Part shown: one piece after another, positions 39,360 to 49,305 of the stretch
Numbering within the stretch: position 1 is the first letter of the stretch
Layout: every line of letters starts with the position of its first letter
Assembly: GCA_963767925.1 (NCBI GenBank)
Contig: CAVYGB010000010.1
Coordinates: forward strand, 768,001 to 832,000
DNA: 64,000 nt
Direction of reading: 5' to 3'
From: an uncultured delta proteobacterium
Lineage (GTDB): Bacteria; Myxococcota_A; Polyangia; Fen-1088
Program-made: the position numbers and the translations under genes
The notes under the pieces: model-generated
Seen by the model: only the letters and a program-made list of their open reading frames with translations
Told to the model about the DNA's origin: nothing
The model's database searches: none

Positions 39360-42300
39360 TCAGGCGAACACGTCGGCCACGTAGCGGCCGGCGCGTTCCA
39401 GGTCGGCCACCCAGCGGCTGGCCTCCTCGTCGCTGCAGGGTTCCCCCTCCTGGAGGATCGCCGCGACGGTGGCGCGCACCGCGGGGGCCATGCGCTGGCC
39501 GTCGCCGCACAGGTAAAACGTCGCCCCCTGGGCCAGGAGGGCCCGCACCCGGGCGCGCTCCTGCCACAGGCGGTGCTGCACGAAGGTGACCGGGCCGTCG
39601 GGCTGGCGGAAGAAGGCGGGGAACACGGTGACCACCCGGTCGTCGTGCCAGCGGCGCAGCTCGTCGCGATACAGCCAGTCCTCGTCGGGGTGGTCGCAGC
39701 CGAAGAAGAGCAGCGCCGGTCCGGCCGGCTCGCCGGCCGCCTGGCGCACGGCCCGGTCCTCGAGGAAGCCCCGGAAGGGGGCCAGCCCGGTGCCGGCGCA
39801 GACCATGATCACCGGCGCGTGGTTGGCGGCGGGCAGGTGGAAGGGGTTGCGCGGAGAGCGCACCGCGACCGCCACCGCGTCGCCCGGCTGCAGGCGGGCC
39901 AGGTAGCTCGAGCAGGTGCCGCGGAAGTGGCCGATGCCCGACCAGGCGGCCGCCTCGACCACCGACACGGTGAGGGTGCAGCGGGCGGGATCGCGCCGGG
40001 GCGAGGAGGAGATGGAGTACTGCCGCACGCGCATGGCCGGGACCAGCTCGAGCAGCTCGGCGAAGGTGAGCTGACAAGAGGGGTAGGCCTCGAGCAGGTC
40101 GAGCACGCTGGTGCGCCGGTCGAGGATCTCGCGGCGGTAGCGCTCGGGGTCGGCGGCGAGGGCGACCAGGTGCTGGCGGTGCGGGGGGCAGACGTTGCTG
40201 GCGGCGAGGCGCTCGATCTCGCGCCGGGTGGCCGGCGCGGCCAGCTCGACGTGGCGGCCCAGCAGCTCCTGCACCGAGACCGGGCGGTCGGTGGGCAGCG
40301 AGGCGGCCATGGCCCCCCGGGTCGAGCGCAGCACCAGCGCGGATTCGGGCCGCAGCCCGAAGCGCCGGGCGGCGCGCGCCACCAGCTCGGGGTGGTTCTC
40401 GGGCAACACCGCCAGGTAGTCGCCGGGGCGATAGTCGAGGCCCGGGGGGAGCGCCAGCTCGAGGTGGCGCTTCGATCGCAGAGGCGACGGCGTGCCGCCG
40501 TTGTCGTTGTCGGCGGCCCCGCCCGCCCGCCGGGCCACCAGCTCGCGGTTCTCGATCACGGTGGCCACCTGCAGCCGGTGCTGGCTGACCAGCTCGGCGC
40601 CGGTCGAGGGGACCACCTCGACGGCGTAGAGGGGGGCGCTGGAGACCGGCGCCGGTTGCACGCCGAGGGCCTGGTCCAGGGTGGGCCAGAAGGCGGCGTA
40701 CCACCCGTCGAACGCGCCGAAGAAGTCGGCCCGGGCGTCGGCCTCGCCGCGCGCCAGGAAGGCGCTGGCCCCGGCGGCCGCGAGCTGGTCGTCGATCCGG
40801 GTCGGGACGCGCTGGTAGGTGGCGCCCCAGTCGCGGTTGCCGCAGCCGAACACCGTGTAGCGGACGCCGGCGAGCGCGCCGGGGGACTGCTCGGCCAGCC
40901 AGCCGCAGAACCGGCGGGCGTTGTCGGGCGGCTCGCCGTTGTACGAGGCGGTGACGATCACCATCGCCCCGGCGGTGGGCAAGTGGCCGGCGCGCGCGTC
41001 GAGGGTCGCCACCTCGGCGGCGTAGCCCCGGGCCGCGCCGTCGCCGGCGATGCGGCGGGCGAAGGCCTCGGAGGCCCCCGAGTTCGATCCGTAGAGCACG
41101 AGCAGCGGGGTCCCGTGCCCGCCGACCGGCGGGGTGGCCGCATCGGTGGTGGGGGCGCGCGCGGGGCCGCCGCCGGCTCCCGATCGGCGGGTCAGGGGCG
41201 GCGCGGGCTGGCGGGGGCGGGCCCGCAGAAACAGGCCCTGCGGCTTGAGGGTCAAGGTCTCCTTGATGCGCAGGTCGTAGGGCGCGGGCGCCGAGAGCGA
41301 GAACCGCTGCAGCATCATGGCCAGGACCAGCGTCGCCTCCTGCAGGGCGAAGGCCCGGCCCAGGCAGGCCCGGGCCCCGTTGCCGAAGGGCAGCCAGGCC
41401 CGGTCGGGGATGGCCGCCCGGGCCCCCTCGGCGAAGCGGGCGGGATCGAACCGCTCGGGCTGCGGCCAGACCGCGGGGTCGCGGTGGAGCGAGGGGAGCA
41501 GCACCAGGGCCACGTCGCCCTTCGCCAGCGGGTAACGCCCCGCCAGCAGGGTGTCCCCGCGGGCGTGGACCGCGAAGGCCGGCGCGGTCGGATACAGGCG
41601 CAGGGTCTCGCGCAGGATCTGATCGAGGTAACGCAGCCGGGGGAGCTGCTCGAAGCGGGGAGCCTCGTCGCCCAGGAGGCCGTCCACCTCCTCCTGGGCC
41701 CGCTGCAGGACCTCGGGGTGGCGCAGCAGCAGGTGGGTGGCGAAGGAGAGCAGGCCGCTTGTCGTCTCGTGGCCGGCGATGAGGAAGGTGACGAGCTGGT
41801 TGCGGATGTTGGCGTCGTCGAGGCCCTCGCCGGTCAGCGGATCTTTGCCGGTCAACATCAGGCCGAGCAGATCGCGCGGGGCCTGCGCCGGGTCGCTGGC
41901 CCGCCGCCGGGCGATCACCTCGTCGGTGATGGCGTGCATGTAGCGGGTGTCGGACTCGTGCTGGCGCTGGGTGAGGAACATGAGCTGGGTCTGCAGGGGC
42001 AGGCGCTTGGTGCGCTTGCCCGCCTCGCCGAGGGCCCGCACCATGGCCTCGACGAAGGGGTGCATCTCGCGCTGGTAAAACGAGTTGAAGCGGTAGGCGA
42101 ACCCACACAGGGCGATGGTGTCGAGGGTGAGGCGGGTCATGGCGTCGGGGACGTCGATGTCCTGCTCGGGTCCCAGCCGCTGCCACTTGGTCAACATCTG
42201 GTCGGCGATGTCGGTCATGTCCTCGAAGTAGTTCTTCATCGCCGCCGGCCCGAAGGCGGGCATCAGCAGGCGGTGGGCCCGCCCCCAGTTCGGCTCCTCG

Positions 42301-42593
42301 TCGTGGGCGGTGAACAGGCCGTCGCCGGCGAAGTCGCGGATGTGGGCCAGGGCCCCGTGCACGTGTTTGCCGAAGCGGGTCTCGTCGCAGGCGTCGGCCA
42401 CCAGCTCGTGGCCGCTCAGCACCAGCAGGCGCTGGCCGGGCAAGGTCAGCCGGTAGATGGGCCCCAGCCGCTCGGCCAGCCGCATGAGGCTCTGCACGGG
42501 GCCCTCGGGGTCGATCTCGGGGACGTGCCCCACCAGGGGGCGCAGGCGGGGCTGGGGGATCGAAGCTTCGAGCCGGGCGACGGACTCACTCAT
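39360..42593 (-). CDS. Self-sufficient cytochrome P450/NADPH-P450 reductase fusion (CYP102-like)
   Basis: AGHETT, ETLR, PERF and FGNGARACLG; reductase motifs LYGSNSG, FGCGNRDW, RQYSISSSP, GTGLAPFRGF and YLCGDG. Confidence 0.96.
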   Translation of the reverse strand: MSESVARLEASIPQPRLRPLVGHVPEIDPEGPVQSLMRLAERLGPIYRLTLPGQRLLVLSGHELVADACDETRFGKHVHGALAHIRDFAGDGLFTAHDEEPNWGRAHRLLMPAFGPAAMKNYFEDMTDIADQMLTKWQRLGPEQDIDVPDAMTRLTLDTIALCGFAYRFNSFYQREMHPFVEAMVRALGEAGKRTKRLPLQTQLMFLTQRQHESDTRYMHAITDEVIARRRASDPAQAPRDLLGLMLTGKDPLTGEGLDDANIRNQLVTFLIAGHETTSGLLSFATHLLLRHPEVLQRAQEEVDGLLGDEAPRFEQLPRLRYLDQILRETLRLYPTAPAFAVHARGDTLLAGRYPLAKGDVALVLLPSLHRDPAVWPQPERFDPARFAEGARAAIPDRAWLPFGNGARACLGRAFALQEATLVLAMMLQRFSLSAPAPYDLRIKETLTLKPQGLFLRARPRQPAPPLTRRSGAGGGPARAPTTDAATPPVGGHGTPLLVLYGSNSGASEAFARRIAGDGAARGYAAEVATLDARAGHLPTAGAMVIVTASYNGEPPDNARRFCGWLAEQSPGALAGVRYTVFGCGNRDWGATYQRVPTRIDDQLAAAGASAFLARGEADARADFFGAFDGWYAAFWPTLDQALGVQPAPVSSAPLYAVEVVPSTGAELVSQHRLQVATVIENRELVARRAGGAADNDNGGTPSPLRSKRHLELALPPGLDYRPGDYLAVLPENHPELVARAARRFGLRPESALVLRSTRGAMAASLPTDRPVSVQELLGRHVELAAPATRREIERLAASNVCPPHRQHLVALAADPERYRREILDRRTSVLDLLEAYPSCQLTFAELLELVPAMRVRQYSISSSPRRDPARCTLTVSVVEAAAWSGIGHFRGTCSSYLARLQPGDAVAVAVRSPRNPFHLPAANHAPVIMVCAGTGLAPFRGFLEDRAVRQAAGEPAGPALLFFGCDHPDEDWLYRDELRRWHDDRVVTVFPAFFRQPDGPVTFVQHRLWQERARVRALLAQGATFYLCGDGQRMAPAVRATVAAILQEGEPCSDEEASRWVADLERAGRYVADVFA

Positions 42594-43269
42594 CGAGACT
42601 TTCCTCGGGTTTTCCTTGGGTTTTGTCGGGGGACGGGGTGGACGGGTGGAGCACGACCCCCCGGTCGAGCAGCGACAGGAGGAGGGTGAAAAAATCCTCG
42701 CGGGTGCGCTCCGAGTCGACGTCGATCCCCAGCGCCTCGCTGGCCAGGGCGCCGACGTCGAACAGGTGGCCGGCCGCGCCGGTGACGAGGAAGGCCAGCA
42801 GCTCGGGGCGGATCGCGGGGTCGATGGCCCCCGCCTTCTGCTCGGCGGCCAGGGTGGCCACCACCTGCCGGAGCTGCGGCCCCAGGTAGCGGTCGACGAG
42901 GTACTTCAGGCGCGGTCCCGGGCGGGCGCCCTCGCGGGCGATGATCCGGGTCAGCTCGGGGCGAGCGGCGCTGAGCCGGGCGAAGCGCTCCACCACCCCC
43001 AGCAGCGCCCGGGTCGGCGGCAGCTCGGGGTCGAGGGCGGTGAACAGGCGCAGCTCCGAGAACAGGTCGTCCATCGCCGCCCGCCACAGCCCCTCCTTGG
43101 ACCCGAAGTGGTGGTGCACGAGCGGCTGGGTGACGCCCACCTCGCGGGCGATGCCGGCGGTGGTGGTCCCCTCGTACCCGCGCTCGGCGAACGACCGCAG
43201 GGCCGCCGCCAGGATACGCGCCCGCCCGTCCGGGTCGGGCGCGGGGGTCTTGTCGTTCGCCGGGGCCAC
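42586..43269 (-). CDS. TetR-family transcriptional regulator
   Basis: RILAAALRSFAERGYEGTTTAGIAREVGVTQPLVHHHFGSKEGLW; overlaps the P450 start. Confidence 0.93.
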   Translation of the reverse strand: MAPANDKTPAPDPDGRARILAAALRSFAERGYEGTTTAGIAREVGVTQPLVHHHFGSKEGLWRAAMDDLFSELRLFTALDPELPPTRALLGVVERFARLSAARPELTRIIAREGARPGPRLKYLVDRYLGPQLRQVVATLAAEQKAGAIDPAIRPELLAFLVTGAAGHLFDVGALASEALGIDVDSERTREDFFTLLLSLLDRGVVLHPSTPSPDKTQGKPEESLDE

Positions 43270-43305
43270 TTATAGATCTATAAGTCACCGCCCGAAGGCC
43301 GTCAA
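43268..43305 (-). promoter_or_regulatory. sigma70-type promoter with an overlapping 18-bp palindromic operator
   Basis: TTGACG (43305-43300), 17-nt spacer, TATAGA (43282-43277); perfect palindrome ACTTATAGATCTATAAGT at 43268-43285. Confidence 0.8.
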
Positions 43306-43343
43306 GCCCCTCGATCTCCCCTCGCCGGGCATGGCCCCGCGCG

Positions 43344-45782
43344 CTACTGGCAGCGGCCGTTGCGGCAGGTCTGGCCGGCCACGCAGGCGGCCCCGCAGCG
43401 GCCGCAGTGGGCGGCGCTGGTCCCCTGGTCGACGCAGGTCCCGCCGCAGTCGGCGAGGCCAGGGGCGCAGGACGAGCAGCAGCGGAAGCCCGTGTCGGGG
43501 AAGGCGAAGTCCTCTGCCACGACGGTCGCCTGGAAGTCGCAGCGGAGGGCCTGGGCCACGTGGCCGAAGGATCCGCCCCGCAGGGTGTAGGCCCGCCGGC
43601 CGGTGCCGTCGCCCAGCACGGTCCGGCAGTCCTCGGTCCACTCGGCCAGGTTGCCCGACAGGTCGAAGGCCAGGTCGGGCTCGGGCGTGGCCGGCGCGAG
43701 GTCGGCCGACGACACACACTGGGCCAGGCCCCCGGTCGCGCTGGCGGGCTGGCGGGCCAGGTCGGCGCCGTTGCACACCGCCGGCTGGTAGCTGCAGCCG
43801 TAGGGATAGGGCTGGCGCTCCGACCCGCAGGTCACGCCGGCGCCGCAGGCCAGGCCCCACTCGTCCTCGAGCACGGTGCTCGAGCTGCAGTCCGCTACCC
43901 GGCGCGTGCGGCACAGGCGCATGCCCGCCGCCGCGCAGGCCGCCTGGGCGCGGGCGTAGCCGACCGCCGACCAGGGGCGGACCGGTCCGGCCGCCGACTG
44001 GCGCGCGCAGGCCCGCGTCTCCAGCCGACCCTCGTCGAGCGGGGTGGCGTCGACCCGGCTGGCCTCGTAGCGGTAGATGTAAAACGGGCGCGCGCCGAGG
44101 CCCACCATCGCCAGGTCGTCGCGCACGCCCCGGCACAGGCCCCCGTCACAGATGGGCGACCCCGGCGGACTGTCCCAGCTCTCGTCGATCTGCCCGTCGC
44201 AGTCGTTGTCCTTGCCATCGCACAGCTCGTGCCGGGCGGGCGGCGTCGCCACCGCGGCGACGTCGCAGACGGGAGAGGCCGCCGGATCGGCCGCGCAGCG
44301 CACGACCCCCCGCCGCTTGCACTCGCCCACCCCGGTGGGGTCGATGCACTCGGCGCCCAGCGCCGGGCGCAGGTCCTCGTCGGGGGTGCCGTCGCAGTCG
44401 TTGTCCAGGCCGTCGCAGCGGGTCTCCTGCCCGGCGATCTGGTTGGGCCCGAACAGCTCGGCCGAGCTGGGGTAGTTGCAGATCCAGTCGGGCGCCAGCC
44501 CGGCGGCGCCCGAGCGGCAGACCGGGAAAGTGGCCTGGGCGTAGCGGGCCGAGCCACCCGGCCCCTTGCCACATTCGCCCGCCTGCTGGCAAAAGTTGCT
44601 GGGCGGAAACAGCAGGTCGGCGTCGTCGACATCGATGCGGCCGTCGCAGTCGTTGTCCCGGCCGTCGCACACCTCGGGGCCGTCGGCGGTGCAGGCGTAT
44701 TCGCAGCCGTTGCCGGCGGCGCCGTCGAGATCGACCCAGCCGCCCAGGCAGGAGCGGACCGCGCAGACCCCGCCGCTGCAGCCGTTGACCGCGTTCGGCA
44801 GCCGGCACAGCCGCCCACAGCCGCCGCACCAGCGGGGGTCGTTCTGCAGGTCGTAGTCCTCGTCGGCCGTGCCGTCGCAGTCGTTGTCGAGGGCGTCGCA
44901 GCCGTCGGCCTCGGGCAGCCGGGCCCCCTGGCAGGTGAGCCCGCCCGGCAGGCAGACGTAGGTCCCGAGCGCGCAGGTCCCGGCGCAAGCCCCGCTCGCC
45001 ATGTCGCAGCCCACCGTCTCGGCGGGGTAGCAGCGGGCCCCAACCCGGGCGTCGCTCTCGTCGACCGCGCCGTCGCAGTCGTTGTCCAGGCCGTCGCAGA
45101 TCTCGCTGCCCCCGTTGCTGGCCAGGCAGGCGTATTCGCAGCCGTTGCGCGCGCTGCGGTCGACGTCGTGAAAGCCGGGCGCGCAGGCCCCCATGGCGCA
45201 GCTCCCCCGCGCGCACAGGGGGGTGGCGTTGGCGTAGGTGCAGGCCTGGCCGCAGCCGCCGCAGTTGGCGACGTCGCTGGCCAGGTCGAAGCCCTGGTCG
45301 ATGCTGCCGTCGCAGTCGTTGTCCTTGCCGTCGCACACCTCGGCCCCGTCGGCGCTGAGCTGGCACTCGCAGCCGTTCTGGGGCAGCCCGTCGAGATCGA
45401 CGAAGCCGGTCATGCAGGTGCCCATGCGGCAGCGCCCGGCCGCGCAGGTGGGGCCCGAGTTGGCGAAGATGCAGACCACGCCGCAGCGCCCGCAGTTGCG
45501 GGGATCGGTCTGCAGCTCGAAGCCGTCGTCGATGATGCCGTCGCAGTCGTCGTCCTGCTCGTTGCAGGTCTCGGCCCGGGTCAGGCAGGTGGTGCCGGCC
45601 TCGCCCCCGCCATCGCGCCGGATGCCGAAGTCGGGATCGCCGAGGCCGTCCGGCACCTGGATGGCGTCGCCCCGGCTGCCGTCGGAGCGGGCCGACACCG
45701 GGAAGGCCCGATCGCCGCAGCCGAGCAGCGCGGCCAGCAGCGACAGCGCCGCCCACCGCCCGGCCGACACCGGACGTCTCAT
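43344..45782 (-). CDS. Cys-rich lipoprotein with CDGxDNDCDG repeats and a C-terminal FGE/SUMF1-like domain
   Basis: Lipobox LLGC; 7 E-x-CDGxDNDCDG-type repeats; NCGxCGxxC modules; IYRYEAS, FDLSGNLAEW, LRGGSF and GFRCC. Confidence 0.85.
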   Translation of the reverse strand: MRRPVSAGRWAALSLLAALLGCGDRAFPVSARSDGSRGDAIQVPDGLGDPDFGIRRDGGGEAGTTCLTRAETCNEQDDDCDGIIDDGFELQTDPRNCGRCGVVCIFANSGPTCAAGRCRMGTCMTGFVDLDGLPQNGCECQLSADGAEVCDGKDNDCDGSIDQGFDLASDVANCGGCGQACTYANATPLCARGSCAMGACAPGFHDVDRSARNGCEYACLASNGGSEICDGLDNDCDGAVDESDARVGARCYPAETVGCDMASGACAGTCALGTYVCLPGGLTCQGARLPEADGCDALDNDCDGTADEDYDLQNDPRWCGGCGRLCRLPNAVNGCSGGVCAVRSCLGGWVDLDGAAGNGCEYACTADGPEVCDGRDNDCDGRIDVDDADLLFPPSNFCQQAGECGKGPGGSARYAQATFPVCRSGAAGLAPDWICNYPSSAELFGPNQIAGQETRCDGLDNDCDGTPDEDLRPALGAECIDPTGVGECKRRGVVRCAADPAASPVCDVAAVATPPARHELCDGKDNDCDGQIDESWDSPPGSPICDGGLCRGVRDDLAMVGLGARPFYIYRYEASRVDATPLDEGRLETRACARQSAAGPVRPWSAVGYARAQAACAAAGMRLCRTRRVADCSSSTVLEDEWGLACGAGVTCGSERQPYPYGCSYQPAVCNGADLARQPASATGGLAQCVSSADLAPATPEPDLAFDLSGNLAEWTEDCRTVLGDGTGRRAYTLRGGSFGHVAQALRCDFQATVVAEDFAFPDTGFRCCSSCAPGLADCGGTCVDQGTSAAHCGRCGAACVAGQTCRNGRCQ

Positions 45783-48700
45783 CGCCGCCGCCTCCGGGCC
45801 AGCCACAGCAGGCCGAGCAGCAAGCCGGACAGGCCCGGCGCCGCGCCGCCCGGGCCTGCCGAGGGGGCCACCCCGCCGAGGGCGCAGGCGCAGCCGGCGC
45901 CGCCCGAACCGACCTCGCGGGTCACCCGGCACTCCGACATGCCGTCGGGCCGCACCCGGCAGGCCAGCCCCTGCGGGCAGATCGTCACCTGGCAGGGGTC
46001 GTCGACGCAGGCGGCCTGCCCCGGCACGCAGGCCTGGCCGGGCAGGCAGGAGACCGAGGCGCAGGGATCGGCCCGGCAGGCGCCGCTGGCCGGATCGCAG
46101 AACTGGCCGGCGATGCAGGCCTTGCCCGCGCAGCGGTCGGCCACGCAGTCGCCGTCGCGGCAGACCTCTCCCTCGTCGCAGCGGACGCCGACGCAGCCGC
46201 GCACGCAGGCCCCGTCGCGGCAGAAGTTGCCGGGCAGGTCGCAGGTCCTGGCGGTGCAGGGGTTGGGGACGCAGCCATCGCCCCGGCAGACCTGACCGGC
46301 CGGGCAGCCCTGGATGAGGCAGCTCGTGCACTCGCCCGCCTCGCAGCGGGTCCCGCCCGGACAGACCGTCTCGCTGCAGCGGTCGACGCAGCCGCGCTGG
46401 GGGTCGCAGCGGAACCCGCGCTCGCAGGGGGTGAGGGCGCAGGCGGCGTAACGGCACAGGCCCTCCCGGCACATCCGCTGCGCGGGGCAAGGCCCGTCCC
46501 CGGGCGGCCGCAGCGGGGGACACACTCGCCGTCGGCGCACCCTTCGCTGCCGGTGCAGACCGCCTGGTCGTCGATCTCCCCGTTGCAGTTGTTGTCCCGG
46601 CCGTCGCAGACCTCGGCCCGGGGACCCACGCCCCCCATGCAGGCGAAGCGGGCGTTGCCGTCGCCCTGGACGCAGACGTTGGCCCCCGGGCGGCACTCGC
46701 CGAGGATGGCCGCCCCGCCGCTCAACCCGGGCGCGGGACAGGGGCCGGGCGGGTTGATCGCCCTCGTCGGGCGTCCCGTCGCAGTCGTCGTCGACCCCGT
46801 TGCAGGCCTCCGCCGCCGGCTCGACGCCGCCGTCGCAGCTCTTCACCCCGCCCAGGCAGCGCCAGATCCCGGGCCGGCAGGCGCCGACTATCGACCCGCA
46901 GGCGGTGGGGGTCTGCAGCTCGGGGTCGACCGGCGTCTCGTCGATCTCGCCGTCGCAGTCGTTGTCCTTGCCGTCGCACACCTCGCTGGCCGGTGCCCGC
47001 CCCTCGAGGCAGACCGCCACCCCTTCCTGGCAGACCCAGCGCCCCGGCTGGCACTCGCCGGTCGTCGAGCCGCAGCTCCCCGGCAGGTTGTCGACCGTCC
47101 CGTCGCAGTCGTCGTCGACCGCGTTGCAGGTCTCCTCGGCAGGCGGCACCCCACCCACGCAGCGAAGCGCCCCCTCGGCGCACTGGAGCGTGCCCGGCCG
47201 GCAGGGGCCGCGGCCCGACAGGCCCGGGCCGCAGGGATCGCCCACCCCGAAGCCCTCGTCGACCGCGCCGTCGCAGTCGTTGTCGACGAGGTCGCAGGCC
47301 AGCTCGGCGCCGGGGGTGATGGCGCCGGTGCAGGCGCCCCCGCAGACGCCGCCGGCGCAGGTCAACACGCCGGTGCGGCACAGCCCCTGGCAGCTCCAGC
47401 GATCCCCGGGCGCGGCCCCGCAGGTGACCGCCGGCCCGGCCAGCGTGCAGCCGGCCATGCCGGCCGGGAAACAGGCCAGCCCGAAGCTGTCGATCAGCCC
47501 GTCGCAGTCGTTGTCCTTGCCGTCACACAGCTCGAGGCCGGGGGCGGTGGCCCCCTGGCAGACGGTCCGCTTGCTGCCGTCCGGCTCGGTGACACAGGCG
47601 GTGACGCCGGGGCGACACTCGCCGATGGCCAGCCCGCAGCGCACCTCGGCCACGTCGTCGACCCGCCCGTTGCAGTCGTCGTCGAGGCCGTTGCAGATCT
47701 CCGGCTTGGCCGCGCAGGCGCAGGACATGTTCTCGTCGATGACCCCGTCGCAGTCGTCGTCGGCGCAGTCCTCGGCGGTGGGCGCCTCGCAGCCGGGGGC
47801 CGCCCCGCAGTTTTCCACGAGCGGCGGGCCGGGCAGCAGCTCGGCGCTGGGACAGATGCCGACCGCCCCGGCCGCGCAGGCCAGGCCGCTGCCGTCGGCC
47901 TTGCACCCCTGGCGGCCGGCGCGCTTGCAGCGCCCCACCCCCACCGTGCAGGCGTCGCCCTTGCCCCGGAAGGACTCGTCGATCTCGCCGTCGCAGGTGT
48001 TGTCCTGGCAGTCGCAGCGCTCGGTGGCGATCGAGCCGGCCACGATGTCGCCGAGGCGGGCGGTCAGCTCGGCCTGGTTGTTGGCCAGCAGGGCCGAGCC
48101 GGTCCCGCCCGAGGCGGCGATGGTGTTGAGCTGGGGGTCGTTGACGGTGAAGCCGACAACGTAGGTCCGCACCCGCACCTCGCGGGTGCCAAAGGGGAGC
48201 CCGTTGAGCTCACAGCGGCGGTCGGCGGGATCCCAGACCCCGTTGCCGGTGCAGCTATGAAAGAGCAGATCGGCGGCCCGGGCGGCGTTGATGCGGCAGT
48301 TGTTCACGCACTGGTTCACCTCCAGCCCGTCGGTGATGAGGATGACGTTGTACGAGCGGCAGCCGACCCGGTCGTCGCGGTTGAGGACGCCGCTTCCCGG
48401 CCCGCCGGCGCTGGCGTCGCTGACCAGCCAGTCGCGGATGGCGTTGAGGGCCCCGCCGATGGGGGTGGTGCCGGAGGCGCGCAGCTCCTTGTTGTCGGGG
48501 AACTCCTCCCGGTCGTCGATCCAGCTCGCCAGCTCGCGCAGGTTGGGCCCGCCCTGGGGGAAGGGGACCAGCACGTCGGCGGCCAGGCCGAAGCCCTGCG
48601 AGGTCGGCTCGCCCGGCAGGCAGCAGGTCGACCCGTTGTAAAAGACGTGGGTCGGATCGTTGTCCGGGTCGGCGCAACGGACGCAGCCCTGGCCGGTGCG

Positions 48701-49135
48701 GCACTCGTCGTAGTCGGGCGAGTTGTTGCCGATGGTGAACCCGCAGCGGCCCGCCGCGCAGACGTTGGCCCCCAGCCCCATCTGGCCGCACTGGGCGTTG
48801 CCGGCGCAGACCTGCCCGAGCTCGCTCTGCCGGTAGCGGGCCAGGGAGAACTCCACCCCGCCGAAGGCGACGAGGGTGTCGCGCAGGGCCGCCTTGGCCT
48901 GCGACATCTTGCTGTCGTCGAAGCGACCGTTGCCGTCGAGGTCGCAGCCGGGGTGCTCGCGCGATCCGTCGCCGTGGGTCGACACGGTGGCCGCGTTCTG
49001 GGCCATCGAGCCCGAGGTGTCGATCAGCACCAGGAAGCGCGGCTTGACCGTCTCGGCGGCCGCCTCGACGGGAAACTGGCTCAGCGCGAGCAAAAAAAGC
49101 CCGCGCCAAAAGAGATAAAACCGCGACGAACCCAT
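45779..49135 (-). CDS. VWA plus Cys-rich repeat surface protein with a MYXO-CTERM-like tail (two compensating indels near 46760 and 46500)
   Basis: MIDAS DTSGS/TPIG/LITDG; about 9 CxGxDxDCDG-type repeats; C-terminal GCAC...LLLGLLWLARRRRR. Confidence 0.85.
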   Translation of the reverse strand: MGSSRFYLFWRGLFLLALSQFPVEAAAETVKPRFLVLIDTSGSMAQNAATVSTHGDGSREHPGCDLDGNGRFDDSKMSQAKAALRDTLVAFGGVEFSLARYRQSELGQVCAGNAQCGQMGLGANVCAAGRCGFTIGNNSPDYDECRTGQGCVRCADPDNDPTHVFYNGSTCCLPGEPTSQGFGLAADVLVPFPQGGPNLRELASWIDDREEFPDNKELRASGTTPIGGALNAIRDWLVSDASAGGPGSGVLNRDDRVGCRSYNVILITDGLEVNQCVNNCRINAARAADLLFHSCTGNGVWDPADRRCELNGLPFGTREVRVRTYVVGFTVNDPQLNTIAASGGTGSALLANNQAELTARLGDIVAGSIATERCDCQDNTCDGEIDESFRGKGDACTVGVGRCKRAGRQGCKADGSGLACAAGAVGICPSAELLPGPPLVENCGAAPGCEAPTAEDCADDDCDGVIDENMSCACAAKPEICNGLDDDCNGRVDDVAEVRCGLAIGECRPGVTACVTEPDGSKRTVCQGATAPGLELCDGKDNDCDGLIDSFGLACFPAGMAGCTLAGPAVTCGAAPGDRWSCQGLCRTGVLTCAGGVCGGACTGAITPGAELACDLVDNDCDGAVDEGFGVGDPCGPGLSGRGPCRPGTLQCAEGALRCVGGVPPAEETCNAVDDDCDGTVDNLPGSCGSTTGECQPGRWVCQEGVAVCLEGRAPASEVCDGKDNDCDGEIDETPVDPELQTPTACGSIVGACRPGIWRCLGGVKSCDGGVEPAAEACNGVDDDCDGTPDEGDQPARPLSRARVERRGGHPRRVPPGGQRLRPGRRQRPLRLHGGRGSPGRGLRRPGQQLQRGDRRPGGLHRQRRVRRRRVCPPLRPPGDGPCPAQRMCREGLCRYAACALTPCERGFRCDPQRGCVDRCSETVCPGGTRCEAGECTSCLIQGCPAGQVCRGDGCVPNPCTARTCDLPGNFCRDGACVRGCVGVRCDEGEVCRDGDCVADRCAGKACIAGQFCDPASGACRADPCASVSCLPGQACVPGQAACVDDPCQVTICPQGLACRVRPDGMSECRVTREVGSGGAGCACALGGVAPSAGPGGAAPGLSGLLLGLLWLARRRRR

Positions 49136-49305
49136 GCCTGCAAACACGTTGAGACCCCGGGGCCGCGGGGACGGGCACACTCTCCCACAGATCCGCCCGG
49201 GCCGAGTGGGCGACTGTGCTCCCCCCCATACGAATTCCCCCGTCGGCGCGGCAATCGACGCCCCGGGATTTGCGTTCGACCGGTGGCATCTCCCATAGTC
49301 AGCCC

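Noticed and set aside
43344..44100. FGE/C-lectin-like domain as a diversity-generating retroelement target
   Set aside because: No reverse transcriptase and no template-repeat copy differing at adenines seen in the window
43344..48010. Recurring gccgtcgcagtcgttgtc units as a CRISPR-like array
   Set aside because: Irregular spacing, degenerate third positions, and they encode the CDGxDNDCDG protein repeats; no cas genes
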